Positions 11,981 to 22,017 of a stretch of 64,000 nucleotides of DNA are shown here, piece by piece (position 1 is the first letter of the stretch; each line of letters begins with the position of its first letter). Position numbers and translations under genes: made by a program. Below the pieces are notes generated by a model, which was not told where the DNA came from, searched no databases, and saw only the letters and a list, made by a program, of their open reading frames with translations. The stretch lies in the sequence record PP886230.1. One strand, given 5' to 3'.

Positions 11981-12544
11981 ATGGACGATTTAGATTATAC
12001 AGATAATGCTATTCAGCAGTTGTATGATAACAGTGGTATGTTAGATATACTTCTTGCTGTAGAGAAATATTTCGATGATAATGATTTATATGCGTATAAA
12101 GGAATTATTGAGGGTGAGTTGGTAGAGGGGCCAATTGTAAGTAAGTATTGGTGTACTGTTACATTTAAATACTATCGTGAAAATTTTCCCGATCCTACCG
12201 CATTCTCTATTTTAGAGAAACATGGAACTAAAGTATATGTTAAAGCTGATTATGAAATAACTCCTATTAAAGAACCAAATCGTCAAGCTGACATGAAAAG
12301 TGTAGCGACACAATCTGGCTCTGTACGTATACCAAAAAATGAAAGAATCCCAGTACTATTGGTTAGAGTGCAGATTCCACGAAACTTGATTAATCCAGAA
12401 AGTTTTGATGAATATAAACTAATGGCAGCAGAATTCAATAGTAATCCAATGAATTCTCCTGAGAATATTGAAGAACCTGTAACTGGTGATGATGTGGATT
12501 TAGATGTAGAAGTAACGGATGAGACACAAGAAGGTGGAATGTAA
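11981..12544 (+). CDS. Conserved jumbo-phage hypothetical protein
   Basis: TAAGGA RBS; 187 aa with acidic tail. Confidence 0.75.
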   Translation: MDDLDYTDNAIQQLYDNSGMLDILLAVEKYFDDNDLYAYKGIIEGELVEGPIVSKYWCTVTFKYYRENFPDPTAFSILEKHGTKVYVKADYEITPIKEPNRQADMKSVATQSGSVRIPKNERIPVLLVRVQIPRNLINPESFDEYKLMAAEFNSNPMNSPENIEEPVTGDDVDLDVEVTDETQEGGM

Positions 12545-13224
12545 TGAAAAAGAAATTAAATGAACAAGGCTTACGTCCGCAAGTTCTCAAAGATTTGATT
12601 CATCCTATCATTAGTGTTGATGAATATACTCCTAAAATTGAAGATAGTAATATTGTTATTATGTTTCAGGTACTTAACAATTTTGATGCAGCATATGATT
12701 TATCTTCTTTTATTGAAAAATCACCTATTGATGTAGCTGATACAGAAGCAGCAGAAACACCAAATTTAGATGGTCGATATCAAGTTTATGTTGAAATGGA
12801 ACGAAATGCCGAATTCCCTGAAAAACTTTTACGTTTAATTAAAACTATTGAAAATATTTGTCCAGACCCAGGTTGGAAAATACAACTATATGGTGTTAAT
12901 GACCCAATCGATGTTGATTTTGAAGAAATACAGCAGAGAATTGATTTGGGTATTCCTAGTTCAATTAGTGAGTTCCTTGATTATGCTGGTGTTTCAGTAA
13001 TCAAAGAAGGAAACATGTTGACATTAAAAACAGCATATGGTAAATTACATTACAGTACTGGAAGCGGTTTTGTTTCAGAAACATATGTGAAAAAGTTATT
13101 AAAGAATGATACACAATTAGACACTTCGCGTCTTAGTTCCATACTAGGGGAAAGCTATACAGTACTACGAAGTGGTGATCAATATGTAATTGGAAGAAAC
13201 GGGAAATATTTGGTGTTGCGATGA
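12544..13224 (+). CDS. Hypothetical protein, possible head protein
   Basis: TAATG coupling; N-terminal MKKKLNE resembles a prohead-protease LxE site. Confidence 0.7.
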   Translation: MKKKLNEQGLRPQVLKDLIHPIISVDEYTPKIEDSNIVIMFQVLNNFDAAYDLSSFIEKSPIDVADTEAAETPNLDGRYQVYVEMERNAEFPEKLLRLIKTIENICPDPGWKIQLYGVNDPIDVDFEEIQQRIDLGIPSSISEFLDYAGVSVIKEGNMLTLKTAYGKLHYSTGSGFVSETYVKKLLKNDTQLDTSRLSSILGESYTVLRSGDQYVIGRNGKYLVLR

Positions 13225-14039
13225 GAATTTTAAATATGCTTAAATCTCTTCACGAAACAACCAAATTACATCAGGATGAAAAGTATCGTCGCAGCCTTAC
13301 TAAAGATTTAGCATGTCGTATGTATATGCGTAGATTTGAAATTTCAAGAATTGGTAAAGGCTGGGATGATGTAAATCGTGAAGACATTGATCCAGATGCA
13401 ATTTTTAAAGCATACATGGCTAGAAAAGTTTTCATAAATGAAAAAACTTTTTATATTGATAGTGATAGAGAATTAGAAAATAAATTTACAAAAGGTTTAT
13501 GGAAGATATGGTGTGTTGAAGTATTCGGTGAAGTATTACCTGAGCCACCTGTTCCAGAAACTTATAAAGATTTAAAAAGTATTTTTGATAATGAACATAT
13601 ACATTCAAATTTCTCATTATATGATACTGTGTCAGAAGCTGTATTTTATGGTGAGTTACATGGTCATAACAAATACTTTGATAGTATGGTTAGTTTTGAT
13701 TTGTTTTGTCACTTGCCTGGTGTATCAAGTTGGACATGTGACCAACACAGAGCAAGTAAGATTGATAAGCGAAAATTCTCGGCCCAAAGATTTATGCAAG
13801 TTGCTATGAGTATGTATAAACTTGATTATCTTGGTTGTCCAGAACCATATAAACATTTTTGGAAAGAAAGAGCACAAAAATGTTTAAACTATTGTATAAT
13901 CCGTTTAATGGACACATACATTCTTAAGTTTAGAAATGCAACTGTATACGACATGCCTGAACCACCAAAGAATGAAAAATATCCACCTGTCAAGACATTT
14001 GTATGGTACAAGGATAAAAGTAACAAAAGGATGCACTAA
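13221..14039 (+). CDS. Hypothetical protein
   Basis: 272-aa frame, ATGA overlap, terminator downstream. Confidence 0.75.
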   Translation: MRILNMLKSLHETTKLHQDEKYRRSLTKDLACRMYMRRFEISRIGKGWDDVNREDIDPDAIFKAYMARKVFINEKTFYIDSDRELENKFTKGLWKIWCVEVFGEVLPEPPVPETYKDLKSIFDNEHIHSNFSLYDTVSEAVFYGELHGHNKYFDSMVSFDLFCHLPGVSSWTCDQHRASKIDKRKFSAQRFMQVAMSMYKLDYLGCPEPYKHFWKERAQKCLNYCIIRLMDTYILKFRNATVYDMPEPPKNEKYPPVKTFVWYKDKSNKRMH

Positions 14040-14060
14040 GGTGCGTCCTTTTTTCTTTTC
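14030..14060 (+). terminator. Intrinsic terminator
   Basis: GGATGCAC-taag-GTGCGTCC followed by T run. Confidence 0.8.
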
Positions 14061-14065
14061 AGGTG

Positions 14066-14094
14066 TTGACATGTGTAGTCGAAGTATGTACAAT
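14066..14094 (+). promoter_or_regulatory. sigma70 promoter
   Basis: TTGACA-17 bp-TACAAT. Confidence 0.75.
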
Positions 14095-14135
14095 ATCACC
14101 ATAGCGTAAATTTTAATTGATTATGAGGTTTTATA

Positions 14136-15263
14136 ATGAAAGGTAAATATTTTTTCATTGAAAATGGCAAAGAAGTTGAGATTCAAGAATTTAACTATAA
14201 TTATGTACTGAACTCTTTATTGAAACAATATGACCGTTCATCAAACAAAAAATACATTTACAATGTAATTGTACGTCGCACCTATGACTCGCTGGGTAAT
14301 CCGTTATTTGATGTAAAAACTCTGTCATTAGATGAAATCTATTTTGATAATAAACGTCTGAAAGTTCTTGATTTAATGAAGGATAAAATTCATTTTAGTA
14401 ATATTAGAATTGATCCTAACATGCCAGTACCGCCATTAGAGCGTGAATATCGTGAATGGAAAGAAGGTCGTGCCAAACCACGTTTAGACTTGGTACAAAC
14501 ATCACCAGATGTACCTGCACCTATTGTTCTTAAGAAAAAACCTATCAACCCAGACGATAGCAGAATTGATGACATTGAAAGATGGGTTGAATTCCCTAGT
14601 ACTATTGAAAAGAATTCAGTAAAAGTACTAGACTGGTTTGTAAACTTACCAGTTTGTGCACAAGAAATTGGAACTAAGATTCAACAAATTTCAGAACGTC
14701 AATTGGATCTTAACTCAGCATTACAACAGCATAGTGATTATATTAGAATGCTTATGAATAACCTTACTGTTGCGTTGGAGACGTTGTTCCCATTGAAGCC
14801 GACCTTTACACAGAAATTGTTTGGTAAAACTGATATCAAAGTGCAACCATCAGATTTGCCAAAAGTGATGAAAGCACTAAATGAAGCAGTTAAGTATGAC
14901 ACTAATAAGTTTAGTGGTCTTAGTACGATGTTTTCAGAACTTAGAAACGAAGTTAATGAAATCAAAAATGAACTTGAATATGGTAAGTTGGGTTGTGAAT
15001 ACGCACTACGTTGTGTGGATGATGCGTTTGAATATGAATTAACATTAGAACGTATTATGAAAATGGGAATCACCACCTCCATGACTGAAACGAGCATTAT
15101 TGCAACAAGTAAGCAATATCAAGTTGATATGAATCGTATGGTAGATATTCAAACTATTACTATTCCTTTGATTATCAATCGTTTACAATCACAGACAGGT
15201 AAAGCTGTGGATGAGAGTACTGTAGAAATTATTCGTAATCTGGCATATGGTAACAAAGAGTAA
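14136..15263 (+). CDS. TelA-like coiled-coil protein with an extra N-terminal domain
   Basis: C-terminal two thirds resembles the adjacent TelA (EIGTKIQQISERQL...FTQKLFG...TITIPLI). Confidence 0.5.
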   Translation: MKGKYFFIENGKEVEIQEFNYNYVLNSLLKQYDRSSNKKYIYNVIVRRTYDSLGNPLFDVKTLSLDEIYFDNKRLKVLDLMKDKIHFSNIRIDPNMPVPPLEREYREWKEGRAKPRLDLVQTSPDVPAPIVLKKKPINPDDSRIDDIERWVEFPSTIEKNSVKVLDWFVNLPVCAQEIGTKIQQISERQLDLNSALQQHSDYIRMLMNNLTVALETLFPLKPTFTQKLFGKTDIKVQPSDLPKVMKALNEAVKYDTNKFSGLSTMFSELRNEVNEIKNELEYGKLGCEYALRCVDDAFEYELTLERIMKMGITTSMTETSIIATSKQYQVDMNRMVDIQTITIPLIINRLQSQTGKAVDESTVEIIRNLAYGNKE

Positions 15264-15271
15264 AAAAATAC

Positions 15272-15300
15272 TTGACTATCATACGTGCTGCCCGTATAAT
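15272..15300 (+). promoter_or_regulatory. sigma70 promoter
   Basis: TTGACT-17 bp-TATAAT; dyad GTGCTGC/GCAGCAC spans the -10. Confidence 0.8.
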
Positions 15301-15348
15301 GTTTATCACAGAGCAGCACATCATATTAAATTAAACGAGGAATACTAA

Positions 15349-16485
15349 ATGTCCGAGAAAGAAATCAATCCTAAAAAAGCATCCACCGCAGCTAAATCAG
15401 CAAAACGCACTACTAAAACTGCGTCTAAAGGTCATACAATTGATGCAAGTGATATTTTTAACCAAACTACAAAATCACTACCAGTACTGAAAGATGTTAA
15501 GGGAAATACTATGTCTCTAACAGTTCAAAACATCAATACTGTTGGTACAACTGCTGGTGCTGCTGTTGGGCGTTTGGCTGATGAAATTATGTCTAAAGTT
15601 AATGTAACGGATGACAATACCGAGTTTGGTAAATCAATCACCACAATTCTTACGTTGACTCGTGCAGTTGATATTGACAGTCTTCAAGAAGATAAATCAA
15701 TTGTTGGTCGTATTAAGAAATTCTTTGTTAATGCTCAACAGAAAGTAGGTGATCAGTACAAAAACAGTAAAGAGCAAATTGACGAAATTATGAAAACTCT
15801 TCAAACTGGTATTAATCGCCAGCACGGAGAATGTGAATGGCTTGATAAAGCATATAATGAAAACAAAGAATATTTGTTTGAATTACGTGATACATTAGTT
15901 GGTTTAGAAGAAGTAACTAAAACACAAGATGCATTATTATTAGAAATGCAAGCAGACAAAAATGTAGACTCTTTTGCTATTCAAGAGCAAAAGATGATTT
16001 GTGAAGCACTTTCTAAACAAGAAGATAAGATTCGTCGTCTTATCATGATGTGCGAGCTAAGTGGTCCACGTTTGATGAGTATGAAAAAAGTAAACTTGAA
16101 CACTGTTTCTAAGTTTGAAGATTTAAAATCTGTTGTTATTCCAGCATGGAAGTCTCAATTGGCTGAACAGTTAATTTCCGAGCGTCAACGTAAGGATAAT
16201 GAACTAGGCAATCTAATTGATAATGAGACAAACCGTCTTTTGGAAACTAACTCTAAAATGGTTGCAGCAAATATGTTGGACGCAGCAAAGGCAAACAACC
16301 GTGGTATTGTGGATATTAAAACCTTGCGTAATGTACATAAAACGATGATTGACAGTATTGAAGCAGTTATTGAAGAAGAGAAAAAAGGTAAATTGGAACG
16401 TGAACGTGCTAAACAGGAAATTGCACAACTTTCCTATGAACTGGAAGACACTCTTCGTGAAATTGCCGAAAAAGCTAACAAGTAA
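15349..16485 (+). CDS. telA: Toxic anion resistance protein TelA family
   Basis: GRLADEIMSKV...GRIKKFF...Y...EQIDEI, VVIPAWKSQL, NRGIVDIKTL: typical TelA/KlaB coiled-coil signatures. Confidence 0.8.
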   Translation: MSEKEINPKKASTAAKSAKRTTKTASKGHTIDASDIFNQTTKSLPVLKDVKGNTMSLTVQNINTVGTTAGAAVGRLADEIMSKVNVTDDNTEFGKSITTILTLTRAVDIDSLQEDKSIVGRIKKFFVNAQQKVGDQYKNSKEQIDEIMKTLQTGINRQHGECEWLDKAYNENKEYLFELRDTLVGLEEVTKTQDALLLEMQADKNVDSFAIQEQKMICEALSKQEDKIRRLIMMCELSGPRLMSMKKVNLNTVSKFEDLKSVVIPAWKSQLAEQLISERQRKDNELGNLIDNETNRLLETNSKMVAANMLDAAKANNRGIVDIKTLRNVHKTMIDSIEAVIEEEKKGKLERERAKQEIAQLSYELEDTLREIAEKANK

Positions 16486-16488
16486 TAG

Positions 16489-16540
16489 TTGACATATGAG
16501 TGCGTTTTTAATATAATCTTATTGAAAACGCACTCTTTTT
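16489..16540 (+). promoter_or_regulatory. sigma70 promoter overlapping an intrinsic terminator
   Basis: TTGACA-17 bp-TATAAT (16489-16517) inside dyad GAGTGCGTTTT/AAAACGCACTC followed by TTTTT. Confidence 0.8.
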
Positions 16541-16564
16541 AATGTACAGATAAGGAACTAACTT

Positions 16565-17254
16565 ATGAAACGTCGTCATATTAGTGTTGATATTGAAGCT
16601 CTTGGAACACCTGAACTTTCCGGTTATGATATTATTATCCCAAATTACGCAGCAGTAGTAGTTCCAAGTAAACCTGAAAATGACATTCGTCAGTTCTTAT
16701 ATATTAAATTACCATACCAGGATCAAGTTGCTGCTGGTTTAAAATCAGACGCAGGTGCAATGGATTTTTGGATGAATACATGTCAGAAAGAATACCCTAA
16801 TGCATATTCTGAAGTTGCCAGTACTATGAAACTCAAAGCACCTGAACTGTATGGACCGAATGGTCAATCACGACGATTTTTTGCATACAGTAGTATTGTT
16901 GATTTCTGGAAAGAATTACGTTACAATGATTATGGTGAAGAAGTTCCTCATTCAGTCTGGGGCAACGGATGTAACTTCGATTGTAGTATTTTACAAGCAA
17001 ACCATTTAAAACTAATGAACGCTGGTGAGTTGTGGAAGTATGATGCACCTGAAAATGCACGCACATTGAAACGTTTATTGAATGAAGAAGCTCGTATTGA
17101 AATGGATGAAATCGTTTCGGTACAGTTGGATAAATTTATCACATATGCAAATACGTGTGGGATTAATGGGTTGGAGTTACATCACCCACTGTTTGATGCA
17201 GCACGTGAAGCAATCCAGATTTCATTCTGTCTAAACAAGCTTAAAATGGATTAA
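16565..17254 (+). CDS. dexA: DEDDh 3'-5' exonuclease (T4 DexA-like)
   Basis: ExoI VDIEALG, ExoII WGNGCNFDCSIL, ExoIII HHPLFDA. Confidence 0.85.
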   Translation: MKRRHISVDIEALGTPELSGYDIIIPNYAAVVVPSKPENDIRQFLYIKLPYQDQVAAGLKSDAGAMDFWMNTCQKEYPNAYSEVASTMKLKAPELYGPNGQSRRFFAYSSIVDFWKELRYNDYGEEVPHSVWGNGCNFDCSILQANHLKLMNAGELWKYDAPENARTLKRLLNEEARIEMDEIVSVQLDKFITYANTCGINGLELHHPLFDAAREAIQISFCLNKLKMD

Positions 17255-17257
17255 TAC

Positions 17258-18352
17258 ATGAATTTCATTATTCTGTTAATACCTGCTCTTATCGTTGTAT
17301 TCGTTATGAAATACATGTACGATAAGCATATCAGTACTAAAGAACTATTGATTCATATTGGTTGTTGTCTGGTTGGTGCGGCTCTTGTTCTTGGTATTTC
17401 ATACGCAATCAACTATAGCCAGCTTTATGATGTTGAGATTCTGAATGGTCAAGTAACTTCAAAATACAGCCACAAAGAATATTGCACACAATCTAGTTCA
17501 TGTAAGCACTATACATGGCATGAGAAGTGCCATACGCGATATGATAGTAAAGGTAAATCACATCGTGAGTGTGAATCATATAAGGTTTTTGATTACTCAT
17601 ATGAAGTTGATTGGTATGTGAAAAGTACAGTAGGTGAGTTTGAGATTGAACGTGTGAACCGTCAAGGTACAATGACACCACCACGTTGGCAGCAAGTTAT
17701 GATTGGTGACTATGCCGCCGCAGAGAGTTCATATATCAACTATCTATTTGCTGATAAGAACTCATTGTTTAGTCCTGAAGAACTACACAACATGTATGAT
17801 GAAAAGTATCTTAGTACTATTCCAGAATACCCAAGTGTAGTTGATTATTACAAAACACATCACGTAATTAACACTACAAATTACAACGTTGATGGTTACG
17901 ATGAATACCTTCGTAATGAGCTAAAAACGATGGGTGCACGAAAGCAGGTAAACATCCAAGTACTAGTTTATGATTACAAAGATGTGGATTTTGTTGATGC
18001 TACCCTTGCATCGTGGCGTGGTGGTAAGAAGAATGATGTTATTATGTTCTTTGGTATTGACAATGATGGTAACGTTGTCAAATTTTACAGTACATCATTT
18101 GCACAAGGAATGAAGAATGAAGAGTTACATGCAAAGATGCGTATTGATGCATTAAATGAAAAATTAACTCTTGACTTACTAGTTAAAGAAGTACATAATA
18201 TTGACACACAGTTTGAGAGACTCTCTAATAAAGAGTTTGAGTACTTGTCAGTAAAAATGGAACCTAGAAAAGATGTTCTTATCGGTGCTTCCATTGTTTT
18301 GTTGATTCTGTCTATTTTCATTGGCCTTTATATGAGGGATAACGATTTATGA
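17258..18352 (+). CDS. Membrane protein (2 N-terminal and 1 C-terminal TM) with large soluble domain
   Basis: Hydrophobic ends; Cys/His-rich loop; C-terminal WRGGKKNDVIMFFG segment. Confidence 0.75.
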   Translation: MNFIILLIPALIVVFVMKYMYDKHISTKELLIHIGCCLVGAALVLGISYAINYSQLYDVEILNGQVTSKYSHKEYCTQSSSCKHYTWHEKCHTRYDSKGKSHRECESYKVFDYSYEVDWYVKSTVGEFEIERVNRQGTMTPPRWQQVMIGDYAAAESSYINYLFADKNSLFSPEELHNMYDEKYLSTIPEYPSVVDYYKTHHVINTTNYNVDGYDEYLRNELKTMGARKQVNIQVLVYDYKDVDFVDATLASWRGGKKNDVIMFFGIDNDGNVVKFYSTSFAQGMKNEELHAKMRIDALNEKLTLDLLVKEVHNIDTQFERLSNKEFEYLSVKMEPRKDVLIGASIVLLILSIFIGLYMRDNDL

Positions 18353-18903
18353 ATGGTAAACTCCTTGCGTTAATTGGTATTTTGGTAGTTATTGTACTAA
18401 TGGTGTTTGGTTCTATTAGTATGTATGTTGGTGCACATGATCGTGCAGTTGAGTTTGAAGGAAACATTAAAAAGTACTATGATGCATCTGAAAGTCAACT
18501 TAGCAATTATACTCTTACTATTCAAGATAAGGTTCAAGTAGCAGATAAGTACAAAAATGCGTTGAAAGAAACGATTGAGTCATACTTTAAAGGGCGTGAA
18601 GGTGTTGACCAGAAGTTTGTAATGTCACAGATTCAACAACAGGTTCCAAATCTTGATCCTAAAATTTATCAGGAATTGATGGTGACAATTGAAGCAGGAC
18701 GTACAAAGTTCAACAATCTTCAGAAAATGAAAATTGACCAGTGTACTGATTATGCTAAGTTCCGCAAAGGCTTCTGGAATTCCAAAATTCTTGATTCGAA
18801 TACGTTTCCAAGTGAAAATATTGAACACCTTTGTACAGTAGTATCTGATACACGTACCAAGAAAGCAATGGATACTGGTATTCAAGAATCAATTAAACTA
18901 TAA
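18349..18903 (+). CDS. Membrane-anchored helical protein (LemA-like architecture)
   Basis: Single N-terminal TM helix then amphipathic helices; ATGA coupled to upstream membrane gene. Confidence 0.65.
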   Translation: MNGKLLALIGILVVIVLMVFGSISMYVGAHDRAVEFEGNIKKYYDASESQLSNYTLTIQDKVQVADKYKNALKETIESYFKGREGVDQKFVMSQIQQQVPNLDPKIYQELMVTIEAGRTKFNNLQKMKIDQCTDYAKFRKGFWNSKILDSNTFPSENIEHLCTVVSDTRTKKAMDTGIQESIKL

Positions 18904-18912
18904 TTAAATGTT

Positions 18913-18938
18913 GGGAGTACTTTGTACTCCCCTTTTCT
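18913..18938 (+). terminator. Intrinsic terminator
   Basis: GGGAGTAC-ttt-GTACTCCC-CTTTT. Confidence 0.7.
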
Positions 18939-18950
18939 ATGGGGTGTACT

Positions 18951-19538
18951 ATGTTTTTAAAAAATACTTATGAATTAATTAAAATGCTTCAAAATATGAA
19001 TTCCGGTGGCTTGTTTCCCTATTACTCTGAGGATGAAACTCATCGTTTAGTCCTTAAATTGGATGAAACTGGACGTATTATATCACTAAGAACAACAGTC
19101 CCCAGTGTAGAACCAGTAATTACCAAATCAACTCAAAATTCAGGAACTGCTGTTAAAACACCACAAACATACAACTCTAATTACCAACAACCACAAATGT
19201 ACACGATTAGCACTCCACCTATTAAACGAGTTGCTTGTATTGTGAATATAAAAGTATCTAAGGACTATCGCGACTTAATATCAGTTGAATGGTCAGAACT
19301 AACATCATCATTAGCAACAAATGGATTTGTAGTAACAAATACAGGTCTAGCACAAAATGTGAAAGAAGGACAACAGATCATGAGTGCATTGTATCTTAGT
19401 AATGGTTGTGTTATCATCAATGGTAAGTTGTATAGCGATGCCGACCCCACTGCATTCACTGAAGATTTGATTGGTGATAAAGAATACAGCATTCTTGAAA
19501 TTATGAATTTGAAAAAGGTATATGAAAACCATGACTAG
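18951..19538 (+). CDS. Hypothetical protein
   Basis: Open frame in tiling; no motif recognised. Confidence 0.7.
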   Translation: MFLKNTYELIKMLQNMNSGGLFPYYSEDETHRLVLKLDETGRIISLRTTVPSVEPVITKSTQNSGTAVKTPQTYNSNYQQPQMYTISTPPIKRVACIVNIKVSKDYRDLISVEWSELTSSLATNGFVVTNTGLAQNVKEGQQIMSALYLSNGCVIINGKLYSDADPTAFTEDLIGDKEYSILEIMNLKKVYENHD

Positions 19539-20103
19539 ATTTCATCAAGATGATTTGCCATTTATACAAGAACTAGAAGAACTGGTGATAAGTATTATGG
19601 ATGAAATTAGTACTTGGGATATAACAGTTTTTCGAAATGTATATGATAAAGTGGTGAATTTTAAAAATGTTAATATTGAAGTAAAACATAATAATTTTTA
19701 CTTAACAAAACAATTCATTCTAACTCGACCAGGATCAAAGCCAGTTAAACGTAATTTATCATTCGGACACCTGATTGGTGCAGAAAATGTACATGATGAA
19801 TGGGTTGATTCAATCTATTCGTATACAAAAGAACTTATTCCTGATATTGAGAAAAAATATTATCTTAGTATCACATTAGATGAACAAGGAAAACTAAATG
19901 CGTATTCCATAAATTCATCAGCACACGTTCCATTACATTCAACGTCAATTGGTGATAAACAATTACTAATCGATTCATCAACATGGCACAATAGGGAAAG
20001 TTTCTCCGCTGAAACTTTTCAGTACTCGGTATCTGAACCAAAGTCTCCATTTGATTTTGTGTTTGTTAATAACATCCTTTTACGTTTTGGTGTAGGAGTC
20101 TAA
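19522..20103 (+). CDS. Hypothetical protein, divergent EExxFQxS-family member
   Basis: C-terminal FSAETFQYSVSE. Confidence 0.65.
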   Translation: MKTMTRFHQDDLPFIQELEELVISIMDEISTWDITVFRNVYDKVVNFKNVNIEVKHNNFYLTKQFILTRPGSKPVKRNLSFGHLIGAENVHDEWVDSIYSYTKELIPDIEKKYYLSITLDEQGKLNAYSINSSAHVPLHSTSIGDKQLLIDSSTWHNRESFSAETFQYSVSEPKSPFDFVFVNNILLRFGVGV

Positions 20104-20105
20104 TT

Positions 20106-20459
20106 ATGCTAATTTATTTGAGTGTTCTTGTTATTTCATTACTGGTATCATTAGCAGTACTGAAAGCTGTTGCCATCGGTCGTAGTAAAATTGACAGTAC
20201 TGAAACGAGTTCCGTTCTAGATTTGATTATGGATCATCCTAAAGTCTGTGGTATTATTGTATTGTTTGTTATTCTGATTAATACGTATATTGTCAGGGAT
20301 CATTTATATAATATGTATGATTGTAGTGTTAGATCTATATCACAAGGTGTTGAAACTGACTATAGCTGGTACTATGAGAAATGTAGATTTAAAAATCAGC
20401 ATGGTATTTGGGTTGATTTTGACAAACTACGTGGAACTCCTTCAGGAGAAGAAGAATAA
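20106..20459 (+). CDS. Hypothetical membrane protein
   Basis: Two hydrophobic helices; GGAG RBS. Confidence 0.7.
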   Translation: MLIYLSVLVISLLVSLAVLKAVAIGRSKIDSTETSSVLDLIMDHPKVCGIIVLFVILINTYIVRDHLYNMYDCSVRSISQGVETDYSWYYEKCRFKNQHGIWVDFDKLRGTPSGEEE

Positions 20460-20461
20460 TT

Positions 20462-20953
20462 ATGTTTGAGTTCCCAGAAGAGTCATTTGACTTTATTGAC
20501 CCTACTGATGATGGATACCGACACATTAACATTTATAGTAAAGCTAGAACTAAGTTAGGTAGAGATCTATCTAACTTTTCTTCACATAGCTTCACACTTG
20601 AACCATATGGTTGGTTCCCTTCAGTTGAAACATTTTACTTTTGGTTTTTAACTGGGCAAAAACATGATGACCTTAGAAAAGTATCTGGTGCAGCAGCAAA
20701 AGCAGCCGCTAACAAATATATGCATGATCGAATTGAAATGACGGATGATTGTATTTCTATTATTCAAGATGCTATTTGTGCTAAGATAATTCAAAATCCA
20801 GAGTTAGCCGAAAGATTAAGAAAAAGCAAGTTACCTTTTTACCATTACTATGTATATGGTGGTAAAGTTGTAGATGTATCCGACGAACATGATTGGTTTG
20901 TTAAAACATTCGAATATATAAGAACGGTGTTAAAGGAAAACTATAATGGGTAA
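20462..20953 (+). CDS. NADAR-like protein (T4 gp30.3-like)
   Basis: LSNFSSHSF...FPSVETFY...SGAAAK...KIIQNPEL..RL..S...FYHY pattern. Confidence 0.6.
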   Translation: MFEFPEESFDFIDPTDDGYRHINIYSKARTKLGRDLSNFSSHSFTLEPYGWFPSVETFYFWFLTGQKHDDLRKVSGAAAKAAANKYMHDRIEMTDDCISIIQDAICAKIIQNPELAERLRKSKLPFYHYYVYGGKVVDVSDEHDWFVKTFEYIRTVLKENYNG

Positions 20954-21224
20954 ATGTTGGGTATGCTTCAAGGTGTTTGATGAAGAATATGAAATAATAT
21001 TAGATGTATTGCCACAGCAGTACATGGTGTGTAATGAAAAATACAAATTGGACACCTACCCGACCCCCAAGTACATGGGAATATGTCCTTTGTGTGATGC
21101 AAATGGCGTGTCCAATAGTGAGATTTCATTCACTAACCAAGCCACAACTAACTGTGTATCTGGGTATATAAGAGAGAATCGAGAATATTTTATTAGGAGA
21201 TTATATGAACGACAAAATCTTTGA
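20946..21224 (+). CDS. Hypothetical Zn-ribbon protein
   Basis: CWVC and CPLC pairs. Confidence 0.65.
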   Translation: MGKCWVCFKVFDEEYEIILDVLPQQYMVCNEKYKLDTYPTPKYMGICPLCDANGVSNSEISFTNQATTNCVSGYIRENREYFIRRLYERQNL

Positions 21225-21435
21225 TACATATGACATCGATACTTTACTAACACCATCTGATAACAGTACTGTTAAAATGGACATGTACTGGATTGTCGTT
21301 GATAAAAAAGTATTTAGACATAAAATTACTAAAGTTTGGCAATGTAATAAAAACAAATCTATTGTTGAAGGATTGGCACAATGCATTCCTAATGCAGAGG
21401 TTTTATTTTTACCATATGCATATACAAAGGAATAA
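21205..21435 (+). CDS. Hypothetical protein
   Basis: AGGAG RBS. Confidence 0.7.
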   Translation: MNDKIFDTYDIDTLLTPSDNSTVKMDMYWIVVDKKVFRHKITKVWQCNKNKSIVEGLAQCIPNAEVLFLPYAYTKE

Positions 21436-21436
21436 A

Positions 21437-21598
21437 ATGAAAAAAACTTGGAAAATATTCACAATACCTGCTATAATGTTGTTATTGGCACTTTTCACAC
21501 CGCAGAGTCATGTATTGTCTCTTAACATTGTGGAAATAATTCTTCTTGTAATTCACTGTGTCGTGTGTTATAATTATGTAAAAGGTGATAAAGAATGA
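21437..21598 (+). CDS. Small membrane protein
   Basis: 53 aa, two hydrophobic stretches; AAGGA RBS. Confidence 0.6.
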   Translation: MKKTWKIFTIPAIMLLLALFTPQSHVLSLNIVEIILLVIHCVVCYNYVKGDKE

Positions 21599-22017
21599 AG
21601 TTCTTTAAAATTCGAATTGGTGTAAGTTCTGGTTTATCTCATTGGGTATTTTATGATTTACCTGATAGTTATACTATTGATGATGTAATTGATTTATATA
21701 CCGAAGATCAACAATGGGTGTTAGATACCGAAACACATAGAATTGATTGTCAAGAGATTAGTGAAGAAGATTACAAACACGGAAAGCAAGCCATGAAGTA
21801 TTTTGAAACAAATATCAAAATGCTGACTGAAAACGTATTTCCAGTAAAAGAATGGGCGATTTTACTTGCTAATCCTAAAAAACCTGTTAGAATTGGTTAT
21901 CCAAATTTTCATATGGTGTATCGTATGAATGATAAGCGAGAGCTTAACTATCAATACGATTACGATTCATCTAAGTTTGGAGTTCTTAAACAATTTTTAA
22001 AGGCTTATCCAGTATGA
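21595..22017 (+). CDS. Hypothetical protein
   Basis: ATGA coupling on both sides. Confidence 0.7.
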   Translation: MKFFKIRIGVSSGLSHWVFYDLPDSYTIDDVIDLYTEDQQWVLDTETHRIDCQEISEEDYKHGKQAMKYFETNIKMLTENVFPVKEWAILLANPKKPVRIGYPNFHMVYRMNDKRELNYQYDYDSSKFGVLKQFLKAYPV

